Shown here piece after piece: positions 19,894 to 32,353 of a stretch of 64,000 nt of DNA. The stretch is from assembly GCA_965262115.1 (NCBI GenBank), contig OZ253496.1:1604447-1668446 (forward strand), read 5' to 3'. The translations under genes and the position numbers were made by a program. This stretch comes from Nitrospinales bacterium (GTDB lineage Bacteria; Nitrospinota; Nitrospinia; Nitrospinales; VA-1). The notes beneath the pieces are model-generated. The model searched no databases. It was not told the DNA's origin and saw only the letters and a program-made list of their open reading frames with translations. Numbering within the stretch: the stretch's first letter is position 1; each line of letters opens with the position of its first letter.

Positions 19894-21824
19894 ATGAGAA
19901 AACAAATGTTCAAAAAATCCTGTTACTTAAAGATAACTTGCCTTTTGCTATTTTTAGTTAGTTGGCCGGTGGTACCAGCATATTCCGCGGTGCTGCCTGG
20001 GGACCATCAGTTGGAGTCCGCGTTACTTCAAGAGCCGGGTATTGGCCAGGATGGAAAAAATGCGGTGCCATTAACGGCATTAGCTCAAAACCAGAGCGGA
20101 AGTTCAGTGAATGGGCCCTTAGGGCAAATTGTTTTTATCGACACAAAAGAAGACGGGCGAAGTGCTATTGTTTCCATCGAGTCCACACGCCCTGTTCAAT
20201 ATACTGCGTTTAAACTTTTGCATCCGCTCCGGCTGATTTTGGATTTCCCGGAAATGGATCAAGGAAACCTGACCAGTCGTATTCAAGTTGATAAGGGGAT
20301 CGTAAATTCCATCCGCCCCATTCATTTTAAAGAGGCAGGCGTATTGCGTCTGGAAATCGTTCTCAACCAATCGGTGGACTATGAAATTAAAAAATCGGGG
20401 AAAAATAAATTAATCGTTCGCTTGCGATCCTCAGAGCAGGCATCGGGTCAGCAAATGGCCCAGTCTTCGTCCAATGGGACTGCTGACAAGTCTGGTAATG
20501 ACGCGTCCACCAGGGATAAAAAGGTGGATGTTGCTGAAGATTCGTGTCGTCCTATGCTCTACGGAAAGAAAGAAGAGATTTCTCTGGATTTTCAAGACGC
20601 CGATGTCCGCAACTTTATTAGAATTTTCGCAGAGATCAGTGGGTTCAATGTCATTCTTTCTCCTGAAGTGGGGGGGGGTCCGTAAATATTAGAATGGTGG
20701 ATGTGCCCTGGAACGAGGCGATGGAAATCATTCTTTCTAACAGCGGTTTGGGACGGGAATGCTTCGGGAACAATATTGTTCGTGTTGCCAGCAAAACGAC
20801 TCTTGAGTCTGAGGACAGTGCCCGAGTTGCTGAAAAATCTCGCATTGTAGCAGAGAAGGCCGCTGAACGGAATGGAGCGGATCTGGTCACCGAGGTGGTT
20901 CGCCTTGACCATGCATATATTGCCGAACTTTTGGCAAGTCTCACCGCTTTAATGAGCACCCGTGAGGACGCTAAAATCACCGTGGACAGCCGCACCAACA
21001 CGCTCATTTTAAATGATCTGCGGACGCATGTGGATGACATGCTGGAGACCATAAAGGTTTTGGATATTCCCACAGCCCAGGTTTTGATTGAGGCGAAGAT
21101 TGTGGAGATCAGTAAATCATATATCCAGGAACTGGGAGTTCAATGGGGTGTGAACGGTACTGTGAGTAATGGCAATACAGTCATTAATGGTGCAAATACT
21201 GCGAATACTGCTACCAGCGGTCAGAACTTTCTGGTGGATTTGACACAAAATTCGAATATAACAGCAGGAAGCGTGAGCGGGGTTGACTTGATCTTCGGAG
21301 GAGGCATTTTAGGGCATGGATTGAATTTGGATATCCGGCTGGAAGCTCTGGAGACCGAGGGTAAAGGGCGGGTTCTCTCCAGTCCCAAAGTCACGACTGC
21401 GGACAATAAAGAAGCCAGAATAAGTAGCGGACAGAAAATTCCTTATCAGGTTACCTCGGCAGAGGGCAACTCGATCCAGTTTGTTGATGCCGAGCTCAGT
21501 TTGACTGTCACGCCTCATGTCACCTCCGACAATAAGGTTTATATGATTATTGACGCGACCAAAAATGCCGCTGATTTTGCGAATACGGTATTAGGCATAC
21601 CGACCATTACCGGCAGGGAAACGCATACGGAAGTTTTAGTGGGGAATGGAGAGACTACCGTTTTAGGCGGAATTTATGAAAGCACTTCAACTGAAAACAA
21701 AAAGGCAGTTCCGTTTTTATCTAAAATACCACTTTTAGGCTTGTTGTTCCAAAGCTATGCTGATTCCGATACGATTACAGAGCTACTGGTGTTTATCACT
21801 CCCACCATAATTGAAACAAATTGA
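19894..21824 (+). pseudogene. pilQ: Type IV pilus secretin PilQ, split at a G9 run (20670-20678)
   Basis: AMIN domain (PLRLILDF), ISLDFQDADVRN, QVLIEAKIVE, VPFLSKIPLLGLLF; G7 restores EVGGSVNIRMVDVPW. Confidence 0.88.
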
Positions 21825-21906
21825 GTTCTGTGCTAAAGCCTGTTTAAATTAAGGTCGGGAAAAACATCACGCACGGAAATTCTCATCTAAAGAAAATAAT
21901 AGGAAT

Positions 21907-22977
21907 ATGCAACGTTTAGGCATCGACCTGGGTGAAAGAAGTTATGACATCCTTATTGGCCCTGGTCTTAGAAAACGGGTGGGTGAGTTCCTCAAGCCTG
22001 TCTTTAAACCCAGTCGTGTTGTGGTCATCACCCACCCCTCTATCAATGGTCTCTATGGCGAGGAGGTGGCGGAGAGTTTTATAGCACAGGGATGGACCAC
22101 CGACATCATCGAAGTCCCCGAAGGCGAATTCTCCAAGAACCTGAGCCAGGCGGAAAAATTATACGACCACCTGCTGGAATTGAATTGTGACCGAAAATCC
22201 GTTTTGGTGGCTTTGGGTGGCGGAGTGATTGGAGATCTGGCGGGTTTTGTCGCGGCGACTTATCAGAGAGGAATTCCTTTCATACAAGTGCCGACCACTT
22301 TACTTTCCCAGGTTGACAGCAGTGTTGGAGGAAAAACAGCCGTCAATCATCCCAAGGGGAAAAATATGATTGGGGCGTTTTACCAGCCGCGTCTGGTCGT
22401 GGCGGATCTGGAAACTCTCAGGACGCTTCCCCAGAAAGAATACCGGGCGGGACTGGCAGAGGTGGTCAAATATGGGGTCATTGCCGATGCCAGACTTTTT
22501 GAGTTTCTGGAAACTCATTATAAGGAAATTCTCAACCTTGATCATAAATCCCTTACCCATATCGTTGAAACCTCCTGCGCTATAAAGGCGGGAGTGGTTG
22601 AAAAAGATGAGCGGGAAAACCATTGTCGGATGATTCTCAACTTTGGTCATACTTTTGGCCACGCCATCGAATCATTGACGAAATATACCCGATTTATTCA
22701 TGGAGAAGCGGTGGCGATGGGAATGGTGCGCGCGGCACAGCTGTCTCATTCAATAGGAAAATGTTCCGAAGAAGTCCCAAAGCGACTGGAAGCCTTGCTG
22801 AAAAATCTGGGTCTGCCGGTATATATGCCGGGTCTGGATTCCTCAGCCGTGATTGAATCTTTGTATCATGATAAAAAAACCATAGACCATAAAATAAGGT
22901 TCATTCTGGTCACTGAAATCGGCTCGATCGAAATCGTGGACCAGATGCCGGAAGAGGAAATTTTAAAAGTGCTTTAA
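21907..22977 (+). CDS. aroB: 3-dehydroquinate synthase
   Basis: ALGGGVIGD, PTTLLSQVDSSVGGKT, LNFGHTFGHAIE. Confidence 0.95.
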   Translation: MQRLGIDLGERSYDILIGPGLRKRVGEFLKPVFKPSRVVVITHPSINGLYGEEVAESFIAQGWTTDIIEVPEGEFSKNLSQAEKLYDHLLELNCDRKSVLVALGGGVIGDLAGFVAATYQRGIPFIQVPTTLLSQVDSSVGGKTAVNHPKGKNMIGAFYQPRLVVADLETLRTLPQKEYRAGLAEVVKYGVIADARLFEFLETHYKEILNLDHKSLTHIVETSCAIKAGVVEKDERENHCRMILNFGHTFGHAIESLTKYTRFIHGEAVAMGMVRAAQLSHSIGKCSEEVPKRLEALLKNLGLPVYMPGLDSSAVIESLYHDKKTIDHKIRFILVTEIGSIEIVDQMPEEEILKVL

Positions 22978-23058
22978 GAAAGTTCTGACGACACTTTCGG
23001 TGAAATGCCAACGGTGAAAACTTTAAAAGTGCTTTGAGTTGGCTATAAGGACTAAAAT

Positions 23059-23726
23059 ATGTCAGCCAGACAAACAATACCGGTGTTGATTTTTTTTGCA
23101 TTGCTATGGATTGTCGATGCGGATGCCGCTATTTACAAGTGGAAAGATGAAAACGGAAAAACCCATTTTACCGATGACCCCACCAAAGTTCCGGAAGCAT
23201 TTCGCAAAAACCCTTTTGTAAAAGGTAGTACATCCCGAAAAGAAACTCCAAAGTCCACAGAAAAAGAGGGTCAGGGTGAGGAGACCTCCGAGAAAAAAGC
23301 TCCTGTCGAAAATAAAAAAAAGAAGGCCCGGAGGAAGGTCTAACGGAGGCACAGCGTTCTGCCGTTGAAGCCGCGATAAATTTTCTAGAAGCGGATATCC
23401 CCCGATACGAGAAACTTTATACCTATCCGCCCAGCCGGAGCAAGTTTCGTATGATAAAGCAGACCATGGCCAGTGCGACTGCCGAAAAGCAGGGACTTTT
23501 AGGACAAGTGAGCCAACACGATGTTCCCGAACTCAAGGCAATTGCCGGGTTCCTGGAACCGAGCATTGCTGCAGATGAAAAATCCCAGAAAGTCATGCCG
23601 ACCACCATTACTTCGACTCGCCAAACCCAGACGCTGATAAGCCGGTTGAAGGGTGAAGCCGAGACGGAAAAACTGCTTCTGGAAAAACTGACCACTGCTC
23701 TCAACCCTCAACACAAAAACCACTAA
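23059..23726 (+). pseudogene. DUF4124-family exported protein, split at an A8 run (about 23314-23321)
   Basis: Signal peptide plus IYKWKDENGKTHFTDDP; correcting the run reads through to the 23451-23726 ORF. Confidence 0.7.
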
Positions 23727-23812
23727 CTGCTTTTGGGGCTGACCCTGATAACACTGAACAGGAGAACCATACTTATGAACTGCCAAGTGCTAAACCTGAG
23801 GAGCTTATTGCC

Positions 23813-24307
23813 GTGAAAATTTATGGATTCTCGCCAATAGCCGATGAAAAGGCAACAGTTCTGATCCTGGGTACAGTGCCTGGTAAAGAATCGTTAAGAA
23901 AAAAAGAGTACTACGCAAATCCACAAAACAGCTTCTGGAAAATAATTGGAAAATTATTTGAGCTTGAAGGCACTGCAACCTACAAAGAAAGAACGGAAAT
24001 ATTAACGAAAAACAAAATAGCGTTATGGGATGTCATCAAGTCGTGTGAAAGGAAAGGAAGTCTTGATCGGAAGATAAAGGATGATACTCCAAACGACTTT
24101 GAATCTTTTTATAGCAGTCACCCATGCATAAGATATGTCTTTTTCAATGGTAAGAAGGAAGAAACGGCATATGAAAAAATCCTCCAGCCAATGCCGTCTG
24201 AGATCAAGTATTCCAGGCTTCCTTCAACAAGCTCTGCAAACGCTAGAATGTCGTTTAAGGATAAATTGCGGGAATGGTCGTCAGCTATTAAGCGAAAAAC
24301 ATTATGA
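23813..24307 (+). CDS. Uracil-DNA glycosylase superfamily (DNA-deoxyinosine glycosylase type)
   Basis: LILGTVPG, YYANPQNSFW, LWDVI, FFNG, LPSTS. Confidence 0.85.
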   Translation: MKIYGFSPIADEKATVLILGTVPGKESLRKKEYYANPQNSFWKIIGKLFELEGTATYKERTEILTKNKIALWDVIKSCERKGSLDRKIKDDTPNDFESFYSSHPCIRYVFFNGKKEETAYEKILQPMPSEIKYSRLPSTSSANARMSFKDKLREWSSAIKRKTL

Positions 24308-24379
24308 GACCTTGGATCCTTCGTCTCCCTAAAGGGACGTGCCAGACCTTCAGCTCATCGAGGATGACAAACTGGCGTT

Positions 24380-24474
24380 TCTTGTCATTCTGAAGAGCGT
24401 ACGCGATGAAGACGTGATATTTCACCAAAACTTTCGTGCCCTGAAAGGGTAATCTAGGGTTACGCAAAGGTCTC
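24380..24474 (+). repeat. Composite repeat: GTCATTCTGA arm, 39-bp module (24413-24451) and TTACGCAAAGGTCTC end
   Basis: Near-identical block at 54452-54542. Confidence 0.8.
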
Positions 24475-24585
24475 CCTGCCAAGGGGCTTGCCAATCCTGA
24501 TTTGTGGGTTTAAATTAATCCAAGCAGATGGTATGGATCGCCCTGCTCTTTTTAATGTTCCTTCAACCTTCCGAGGATTCCGGCC

Positions 24586-26065
24586 ATGGCAATCAAAACC
24601 TATAAAAACTTTATAGATGGGAAATGGGTAGCTTCTTCCAGCGGTGAAACCTTCGACAATATCAACCCCGCCAACCACAAAGAAATTCTCGGACGTTTCC
24701 AGAAATCCAATACGAATGATCTGAATAAAGCAGTGAAGTCCGCCGTCAAAGCCCAGGAAGGGTGGAGAAATCTGCCGGCCCCTAAACGTGGCGAAATTCT
24801 TTTCCGGGTGGGTGAACTGCTGACCAAACATAAAGAATCCCTGGCCAGGGACATGACCCGTGAAATGGGGAAGGTTCTCAACGAAACCCGTGGCGATGTT
24901 CAGGAGGCGATAGACCTGACCTATTACACAGCCGGGGAGGGCAGGCGACTGCTGGGAGAAACGGTTCCCTCTGAATTGAATAACAAGTTTTGCATGACCG
25001 TTCGAATGCCGGTAGGAGTGGCGGCGGCGATCACGCCCTGGAATTTTCCCATCGCCATTCCATCCTGGAAACTGATTCCTGCCCTGGTTTGCGGTAATAC
25101 CGTTGTGTTCAAACCTGCCAGCGACACTCCCCTTTCAGCCTATCGTTTTGTAAAACTCTTTGAAGAGGCGGACTTGCCACCAGGAGTCTTGAACTTTGTC
25201 ACCGGTTCAGGAGCAGAAATCGGCGAACCCCTCACAGAGCATCACAGCATCGATCTGGTTTCTTTCACCGGTTCGACCGACACCGGAGCGATGGTGGCAC
25301 ATAAATGTGCCTGGAGCATGAAACAATATTCTCTGGAAATGGGCGGTAAAAACGCCATCATCGTGATGGACGATGCCGATCTCGATCTCGCTGTGGAGGG
25401 CGTGGTATGGGGAGCGTTTGGAACGACGGTGCACCGCCTGCAGCCGTGTCATAGTGCATAAAAAAGTCCTTAAAAAATTTACCAGCCGCCTCCTCAAACG
25501 CACAAAAACGCTTCGCTTGGGAGATGGGCTCAAAAATACGACCGATGTTGGACCGTTGATCAACGAAGCACAACGGCAGAAGGTTTTGAGTTACTGCAAG
25601 ATCGGTGTGGAAGAAGGAGCCAGGCGGCTCATAGGTGGCAATGTTTATAAGAAGGGTAAGTGCCGGGACGGATTCTTCTTTGAGCCGACCTTGTTTGCGG
25701 GGGTGTCTCCGAAAATGCGCATAGCGCAGGAAGAAATATTTGGCCCGGTGTTGAGCATACTGGAATGCAAGAGTCTGGAGAATGCGGTGGAAATCGTCAA
25801 CGATTCCAGGTTTGGATTGTCATCGGCGATTTATACCCGGGATGTGAACCGAGCCTTCAAGGCCATTGAAAAACTCGACACTGGCCTCACCTATATCAAC
25901 TCTTCCACCATAGGGGCGGAAGTGCAACTCCCGTTCGGCGGTACCAAGGGAACGGGCAATGGTCACCGCGAAGCCGGGACCACCGCGCTGGAAATTTTTA
26001 CCGAATGGAAATCGGTGTTTGTCGATTACAGCGGCACTCTGCAAAAAGCTCAAATAGAAGATTGA
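24586..26065 (+). pseudogene. Aldehyde dehydrogenase, frameshifted just before the catalytic Cys (about 25430)
   Basis: ITPWNFP, FTGST, LEMGGKN in frame 1; CTACSR, EEIFGPV, PFGG in frame 2; the expected GQR before the Cys is missing. Confidence 0.88.
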
Positions 26066-26216
26066 TGAATTAAACTTGCAAGCGCCAATCGATAGATTCC
26101 TGATTCAACGATTGTTTGTTTCTATGTTAGAATTCCTACTACCAGCCGCTACTCGTTTTTGTAGCCACTGCCTGCGGTATTAAAGTTATAAACCTCAATC
26201 CGGAACGCAACGATCC

Positions 26217-27029
26217 TTGTTAAATCATAAAGGTCAAGATTCATTGCCACCCCTGCCAAGTGGCTTGAAATTTTCTATATTATCCAGCGGTAGTGGTGGC
26301 AATTCGGTTTATATCGAGGCAGGCGGAAAGCGTATTTTAATTGACGCCGGCTTGAGCGAAAAAAAACTCTCTCAACGCATTGCTCATATCGACCGATCCT
26401 TGAAGGGATTGGATGCAGTGTTCGCCACGCACGAGCACTCCGACCACATCCGTGGTATGGGCCCACTATTAAGGAAACATCAACTTCAGCTCTTCACCAC
26501 TGAAGGGACTTTTAAGCAAGCCAGTTCTACAATCGGAACGGTTCCCGGTTTCAATCCGATCCGCGCCGGACAACCTGTTGAATTCGGCGAGTTGGTGGTG
26601 GAACCTTATGCCACCCCTCATGATGCGGAAGAATCGGTGGCCTTTGTCATCCATTATCGGGGATTGCGTCTGGGCCTTGCAACCGACCTTGGGAAAGTAA
26701 CGCGAGAAGTTACAAGCAAACTACAAAAGCTGGATGCCTTGCTCATCGAGTCTAATCACGATGTAGACATGCTGGATGCTGGGCCATATCCCTGGGTCAC
26801 AAAGAGAAGAATTAAAAGTGATGTCGGGCATCTTTCCAACGAAGCCTGTGGCGAACTGTTGTCATCGGTCAAGCATTCCGGATTGCGGCTCGTCGTGTTG
26901 ATGCATATGAGTGAGACCAACAACCATCCGGAACTGGCCCGGATCACCGCCCGGCAGGCTCTGGGGCAGGACACGCCGGAAATGATCATCGCCGAACAAA
27001 ATCATCCCACCCCGTTAATGCCTCTCTAG
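26217..27029 (+). CDS. Metallo-beta-lactamase-fold hydrolase (YycJ/WalJ-like)
   Basis: SGSGGNS, THEHSDH, ESNHD, GHLSN. Confidence 0.85.
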   Translation: MLNHKGQDSLPPLPSGLKFSILSSGSGGNSVYIEAGGKRILIDAGLSEKKLSQRIAHIDRSLKGLDAVFATHEHSDHIRGMGPLLRKHQLQLFTTEGTFKQASSTIGTVPGFNPIRAGQPVEFGELVVEPYATPHDAEESVAFVIHYRGLRLGLATDLGKVTREVTSKLQKLDALLIESNHDVDMLDAGPYPWVTKRRIKSDVGHLSNEACGELLSSVKHSGLRLVVLMHMSETNNHPELARITARQALGQDTPEMIIAEQNHPTPLMPL

Positions 27030-27099
27030 CGAGAAGAGAGGCGACTGGCAATGGCCCTATCTGGCTGACAAAGAGTTGCCTCGGCTGAGGAAGAAATGT

Positions 27100-27262
27100 T
27101 CGCATCCCTCCCTTCATAGGGAGGGACTGAGGGAGGGTTGGATTATGATTCCGTAATAAAAATCCACACCCCTCCGCGGCTACGCCTTGCCTCCCCTCAT
27201 GAGAGGGGAGGATCAATGAGGGTCTCGGGTTGTGCAAAGGTCTCCTCATGAGAGGGGAGGAT
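27100..27262. repeat. Cluster of CCCCTC...GAGGGG palindromic repeats plus a TIR-like end (27230-27244)
   Basis: CCCTCCCTTCATAGGGAGGG also occurs near 8610; the CCACACCCCTCCGCGGCTACGCCTTG arm also occurs near 47850 and 53015. Confidence 0.7.
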
Positions 27263-27308
27263 CATTTGTCACCTTATCTGAGATTTTGTCCATGCCCAGT
27301 GAAAATTC

Positions 27309-28616
27309 ATGAATGATATTCGGGATAAAGTAATTGGCAGTTGGTTTGGCATGGTGGTTGGCGATGCCATGGGCCGATCTGCGAAAGGATTGAAGCCCGC
27401 TGCCATCCGACAGATTTTTGGGGCGATGGATGACTTCAAGGATGTGCGCCCGATCATGGGAAAGGGGATTAAAAATTACCGCATGCAAGGTTTGTATGGA
27501 GCTCCCACCCAATGCGCTCTGGCGGTGGGCGATGCTTTACTTAAAAACAAAAAAAAGTTTCTGTCGGAATCGGCGAAAAACTTTCAGGAGCTTGCAAAAG
27601 CGGGGCCGGAAGGCTATTTCGGAGTTTACCGCAACCACTCGGCTTGCCTGTGGCGGACGGTGGATCTACTGGATGACCGGGAGGAGGGGCAAGTCTCGGA
27701 ACAGAACTCTTCGACCTCCCTGTTTGTCAATCTGGCCGTTCCCCTGGCTTTGTTTCAGGGCAAATGGTCCAAAACTCTGGCGAGGCAATGTTTTGATGCT
27801 TGCCTGTTGATGAGCCGGAACCGGTTTGAAGTAGTGGGAACCGTGTTAACCGGATTTTTAGTGACTCGGTTTCTGGCTTTAAGTCCCGAAGAGATTTCCC
27901 TATCTGATATTTTGCGGGAGGCGGAAGAAATATGTCGTCAGGCGGAAGCGGACTATCAGTCGAGATTCCCGGAATCGGAAGACGGTGGGCTTAAGGACTC
28001 CAACGCTTTTAGCGGAGCCCTTAAGGGAATGGAGGAAAAATTTAACGAACCGGATCTTTTGCAATGGCTCCCGGAATATTCTAACTCTTTCACCAAATTG
28101 GAAATCCGTCACCCTTCGCAAGGGTTTGTGATGACTTTGCTGCCGCTGGCTTTGTACTGCGTGCTTCACCCGCCGGAGCCGGGTTTCGCTTCCACTCTCA
28201 CGCATTCTCTGGGTCATGGGCGGGAGACGGAAATGCTGGGGGCCTTGGTGGGAGCTTGGGCCGGAGCGCTGTATGGATTCGATAACATCCCGGCTTCCTG
28301 GAAAAGCGGATTGGTCAATGCCAGGGAAATCCGACTGCGGGCAGAGGCTTTATCGGTTCAGCGCAGGAAAAAGGAGCAAAAAGACCTGTTCGATATGGAA
28401 GCGGGGCTGACCGCCAAGGAGTTTGAAGAGGGCAAACGCAACCTGCCGAAAGAAACGAAGAAAGGGATTCAGATAAAATTGCAGGATCTCTGGGATGAGG
28501 AGGAAGCTCCCCTCCCCTCGAAAGAGGACAGGGCGGAATGGAGAAAATTCCAGAAGGAAAAAACCAAGTCAAAGCGGGACCGCCGCAAAAATATCCCCTC
28601 AGCGGACGATTTTTAG
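27309..28616 (+). CDS. ADP-ribosylglycohydrolase-fold protein, divergent
   Basis: GMVVGDAMG and GALVGAWAGALYG...IPASW motifs; charged C-terminal tail. Confidence 0.75.
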   Translation: MNDIRDKVIGSWFGMVVGDAMGRSAKGLKPAAIRQIFGAMDDFKDVRPIMGKGIKNYRMQGLYGAPTQCALAVGDALLKNKKKFLSESAKNFQELAKAGPEGYFGVYRNHSACLWRTVDLLDDREEGQVSEQNSSTSLFVNLAVPLALFQGKWSKTLARQCFDACLLMSRNRFEVVGTVLTGFLVTRFLALSPEEISLSDILREAEEICRQAEADYQSRFPESEDGGLKDSNAFSGALKGMEEKFNEPDLLQWLPEYSNSFTKLEIRHPSQGFVMTLLPLALYCVLHPPEPGFASTLTHSLGHGRETEMLGALVGAWAGALYGFDNIPASWKSGLVNAREIRLRAEALSVQRRKKEQKDLFDMEAGLTAKEFEEGKRNLPKETKKGIQIKLQDLWDEEEAPLPSKEDRAEWRKFQKEKTKSKRDRRKNIPSADDF

Positions 28617-28793
28617 CCCCCTCCGAGCCTAAAACTGGCGCAAAATCAAATCTCCCCCTGATCGGGCATAATCCCTTAAATGATTGAAAATAAATGTTTA
28701 ATTTTTTGCGTTTGGGGTATAATGAGGCATCCCAATTCTGGCTGACTATTAGATCGTTGCCTTCTGATTTTCTGATTTTGAAAGGAGAACCTG

Positions 28794-29350
28794 GTGAATA
28801 TTTTTAAGGTTGCAGCTTTATTTATCTTTTGTTTGGCGCTCCCCACAGGGGTGTTGGCGGATACGCTGCCGACTGAAAAGCAAATCGCGAAACCTGCAGT
28901 GAAAGCTGAAACGGCAAACCCTGCGGCTAAGGCTGGAAAAGCCAAACCCGCCACGATGGCCAAGGTAGAGACCGCAAAACCTGTCACTCCAGTGAAGGCA
29001 GAGCCAGCCAAAAAGAAGGCAAATCAAGTTGCTACTTCGGCTAACAAAAATGCGAAAAAATCCAAAGCCCCTGCCAGGGCCAGAAAGAAAAAACCGAAAG
29101 GCCTGGTCATCGGCAAAAACCTCAAAGTAGGGATGTCTCTGAGCGAGGCGATCAAATTGCTCGGCATCACCGGCTCCATAAAGATCAAGCGTGGAACGGA
29201 ATCCAAACTCGACAGCATTTCCATTGAGTACGCCAACCACGGAATCGTTATTCATTCCCTGAATGGCAAAAGGCAGATTGAGGCTTTGGAAATTCTGCCC
29301 ACGTTTAAGGGAAGCTTTGCTGAAGGTGTTAAAATAGGAGCAAAGGTCTC
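28794..29350 (+). pseudogene. Exported Lys/Ala-rich protein, apparently truncated before IS3
   Basis: Signal peptide, AKP-rich linker, LKVGMS motif; the sequence turns into repeat DNA at about 29339. Confidence 0.55.
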
Positions 29351-29802
29351 CCTCGGAGGGGAGAGGAACTTAATAGTTGAGGAGTACATCCACCTACGGA
29401 AAAATATAACATGATCTTCCCCTGAATTGGTGGACACATCGAAAAGTGTGGATAATACACTTTTGGAGGTGTTTTTATGGGAACCAAACGCAGGAGTTTC
29501 AGTAAAGAATTCAAGTTAGAAGCGGTTCGATTGGTTATTGAAGTAGGCGATAGCATTGCCCGGGTGTCCCGGGATCTGGGAATCCGTTCTGCCCTTCTGG
29601 GTCGCTGGAAACAGGAGTATGAGGAGGATCAGGGGAATGCGTTTCCCGGCAAAGGACAGCTTAAGCCGGGAGATGAGTTGCAGCAGTTGCGGCGAGAAAA
29701 CGCTCGCCTTCGTATGGAGCGGGACATATTAAAAAAGGCGGCAGTTATCTTTGTGATGTCCTCTTCATTTGTCTTCATGCCCCGAAGCAACTGTGTTAAA
29801 TG

Positions 29803-30960
<1,158 letters not shown>

Positions 30961-32112
30961 ATGAACAACATACAAGGGGTACTCGAAGGGTTCCCAATGA
31001 GATATCGGTTTATACGGGATCATCGAGAAGCATTTCCGGTAAGCCCGATGTGCCGGGTTCTGGAAGTGGGACGAAGTGGGTTCTATGCCTGGCTGAGCCG
31101 CCCCGAGAGCCTGAGGAGCCGTGAGAAGCAGCGATGGGTTGATGAGATCAAAACCGTTTATAAGAAGAGTCGCCAGACTTATGGCAGTCCCAGAATTCAT
31201 GAGGACTTGAAAGACAAGGGATATGCCATTGGCAGGCATCGTATTGCCTGTCTTATGCGCGAGCATGGAATCGTTGCCAAGCACAAAAGAAAGTTCAGGG
31301 TGACAACCGATTCCAAACATAATCACCCGGTGGCAAAAAACAAACTGCAACGGCGGTTTAATGTTGCTGAGCCCGGTCAATGCTGGGTTTCGGATATCAC
31401 CTATATCCCGACTCAAGAGGGCTGGTTATACCTTGCGGTGACGCTGGATTTATTCCACCGTAAAGTTATTGGTTGGGCCATGGATCGTTGGATAACCCGT
31501 TGGTTGGTAATGAGAGCTTTAAATATGGCAATGAAGAACGGCGGCATGAAACCGGGATTGATTCACCATTCTGACCGGGGGGTTCAATATGCCTGCAACG
31601 ATTTTCAAGCCTTGCTCAATGTTCATGGGATAGAGTGCAGTATGAGCCGGAAGGGCGATTGCTGGGATAACGCCGTGGCGGAGAGTTTTTTCCATACTCT
31701 CAAAGTGGAACTCATTCATAACCGGAACTACAAAACCCGTCAGCAAGCAAAGAAGGATATTTTTGAATATATCGAAGTGTTTTATAATCGGCAACGCCGT
31801 CACTAATATCTCGGCTATCTCAGCCCTGCCGAATTCGAGAAACAGGCCTATGCCTCTTAACTAACTGTCCACTAAAACAGGGGAAGATCAGTGCCCCAGT
31901 CGATGAATGACAGCCTGGCTAAATACCCTGAAAGGGGAATGTATTTTTCCCTCAAGTAAAACGTGCTGGTTTCGGCGCATGTCTTCGCCAAAAACAGCAA
32001 GCTCATCAGCCATCAACTCTACAAAAAGCGCTAGGCGCGCGGCCAACTTGCAATAGCTAAGACTGCTGGCAATAATACTCTTGGCTTGCCCGGTTGCTTC
32101 TCGAGGCCATTT

Positions 32113-32191
32113 TGTCATTCTGAGGAACAACGTGACGAAGAATCTCGCCTTGCGCTAACCTGGAGATTCTTCGCTATCGCTCAGAATGACA
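32113..32191. repeat. Palindromic REP-like repeat, empty of module
   Basis: TGTCATTCTGA...CGAAGAATCT / AGATTCTTCG...TCAGAATGACA. Confidence 0.85.
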
Positions 32192-32353
32192 GACAACGAG
32201 ATCACCCCTTCGGAGCAAAAAGGCAAATGAGGGGACATAACACGTACCGCGACTTGGACAGGTTTAACCACCTCCTTGACAAAGAGGGGTCCTAGAGTTT
32301 TCCAGCACACCTTCTTAAGCCGATATAAAGATTACCAGCCAGAAATGCTATTG

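Noticed and set aside
21824-21907. aroK missing between pilQ and aroB
   Set aside because: No aroK remnant is visible, and gene-order variation here is ordinary.
31891-32130. ORF cut by the IS3 right end
   Set aside because: Too short and unrecognisable to call; it overlaps repeat DNA.
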